64,000 bases of DNA from Saccostrea echinata. Its lineage: Eukaryota. Positions 63,265 to 64,000 of this stretch are shown in pieces. The stretch covers positions 7,936,001 through 8,000,000 of the forward strand of contig NW_026889753.1 in the NCBI RefSeq assembly GCF_033153115.1, written 5' to 3'. Below the pieces are notes generated by a model. The model saw nothing but the letters and a program-made list of their open reading frames with translations. It had not been told where the DNA came from and did not search any database. Position 1 is the first letter of the stretch. Each line of letters starts with the position of its first letter. The position numbers and the translations under genes were made by a program.

Positions 63265-64000
63265 TTACTCATTGGCAACCTTTGCTTCTCAGGTTTTAGA
63301 GTATAGACATGCATGACTGTATTTCTCTTGCTGCTGTGCTGGCCCCTTGCTAACTTTCTTGATATCTTTAGTTAGTACATGTATATGCTTGACGCAACAT
63401 TAAGAATGTGATATTGGATGATTTCTGTCTACAATTAATTCACCCCTCCAAGTTTCAGGACAATGGCAAAAGGAAGGGAATGTATGGACTATTGAAAATG
63501 AAATTTTTAATAAGGAAATATTTGTAGTTGTAAAAATGATGATTTAGTTTGACTTTGAGTCCAATCCACAAGCATCTGTAATTTTTTTTTATAAATTCAA
63601 ATTTAATAAATATATTCTCTTATAACAATTTTTTGTATGTATGAGAAACAATTCTGTAAAAGAATGAAAGTCCCCCCCCCCCCAAGTTCATTTGAAGAAG
63701 ATAAACAAGCTTAAAAACTATGAACACGATGAATTTAAAAATCATATATTTGAATATAATTTCTTCTGGACCAGGAAAAATCATACACAGTGTTTATACA
63801 TAGTAGGAGTCCATCATTGATATACTTGTAAACATGTACTGGCAAGTACAGTGTAGTTATAAATGTTAAGATATGCTCTATTGAATTCATTGAAATTTTC
63901 AGGCTTTTGCTCGATCCTTTTCTACCAATTATGAAGCTCTTGGAAGAAATAAAGCAAAATACAATGAAAGACATTCCAGGGAAAAACTCGAAAATTTTCT

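Overview
AT-rich, intron-containing animal genomic DNA. The repeat landscape (non-autonomous Helentron-type elements carrying ~165-bp satellite units, many MITEs) points to an oyster (Crassostrea/Magallana-like); this is inference. Four protein-coding genes were reconstructed by hand, and every junction is GT-AG and phase-consistent. They are: PKN-family kinase (+, 21 coding exons, ~1002 aa); LSG1 (-, no CDS introns, 627 aa); HMMR/RHAMM (+, 19 coding exons, ~1353 aa, head-to-head with LSG1); and CENPJ/SAS-4 (-, no CDS introns, 1363 aa, tail-to-tail with HMMR). Introns and intergenic DNA hold many non-autonomous DNA transposons with readable TIRs/TSDs, several nested. The strongest pattern the features do not explain is at least 32 copies of TACATGTA (plus 3 TACCGGTA), all non-coding, which match Tc1/mariner excision footprints. 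No CRISPR array, rRNA, intact tRNA gene or autonomous transposase was found. I cannot support a claim of a wholly new biological system. The best leads are the footprint signature, the two intronless housekeeping genes, the HMMR isoform architecture and a few regulatory hypotheses.
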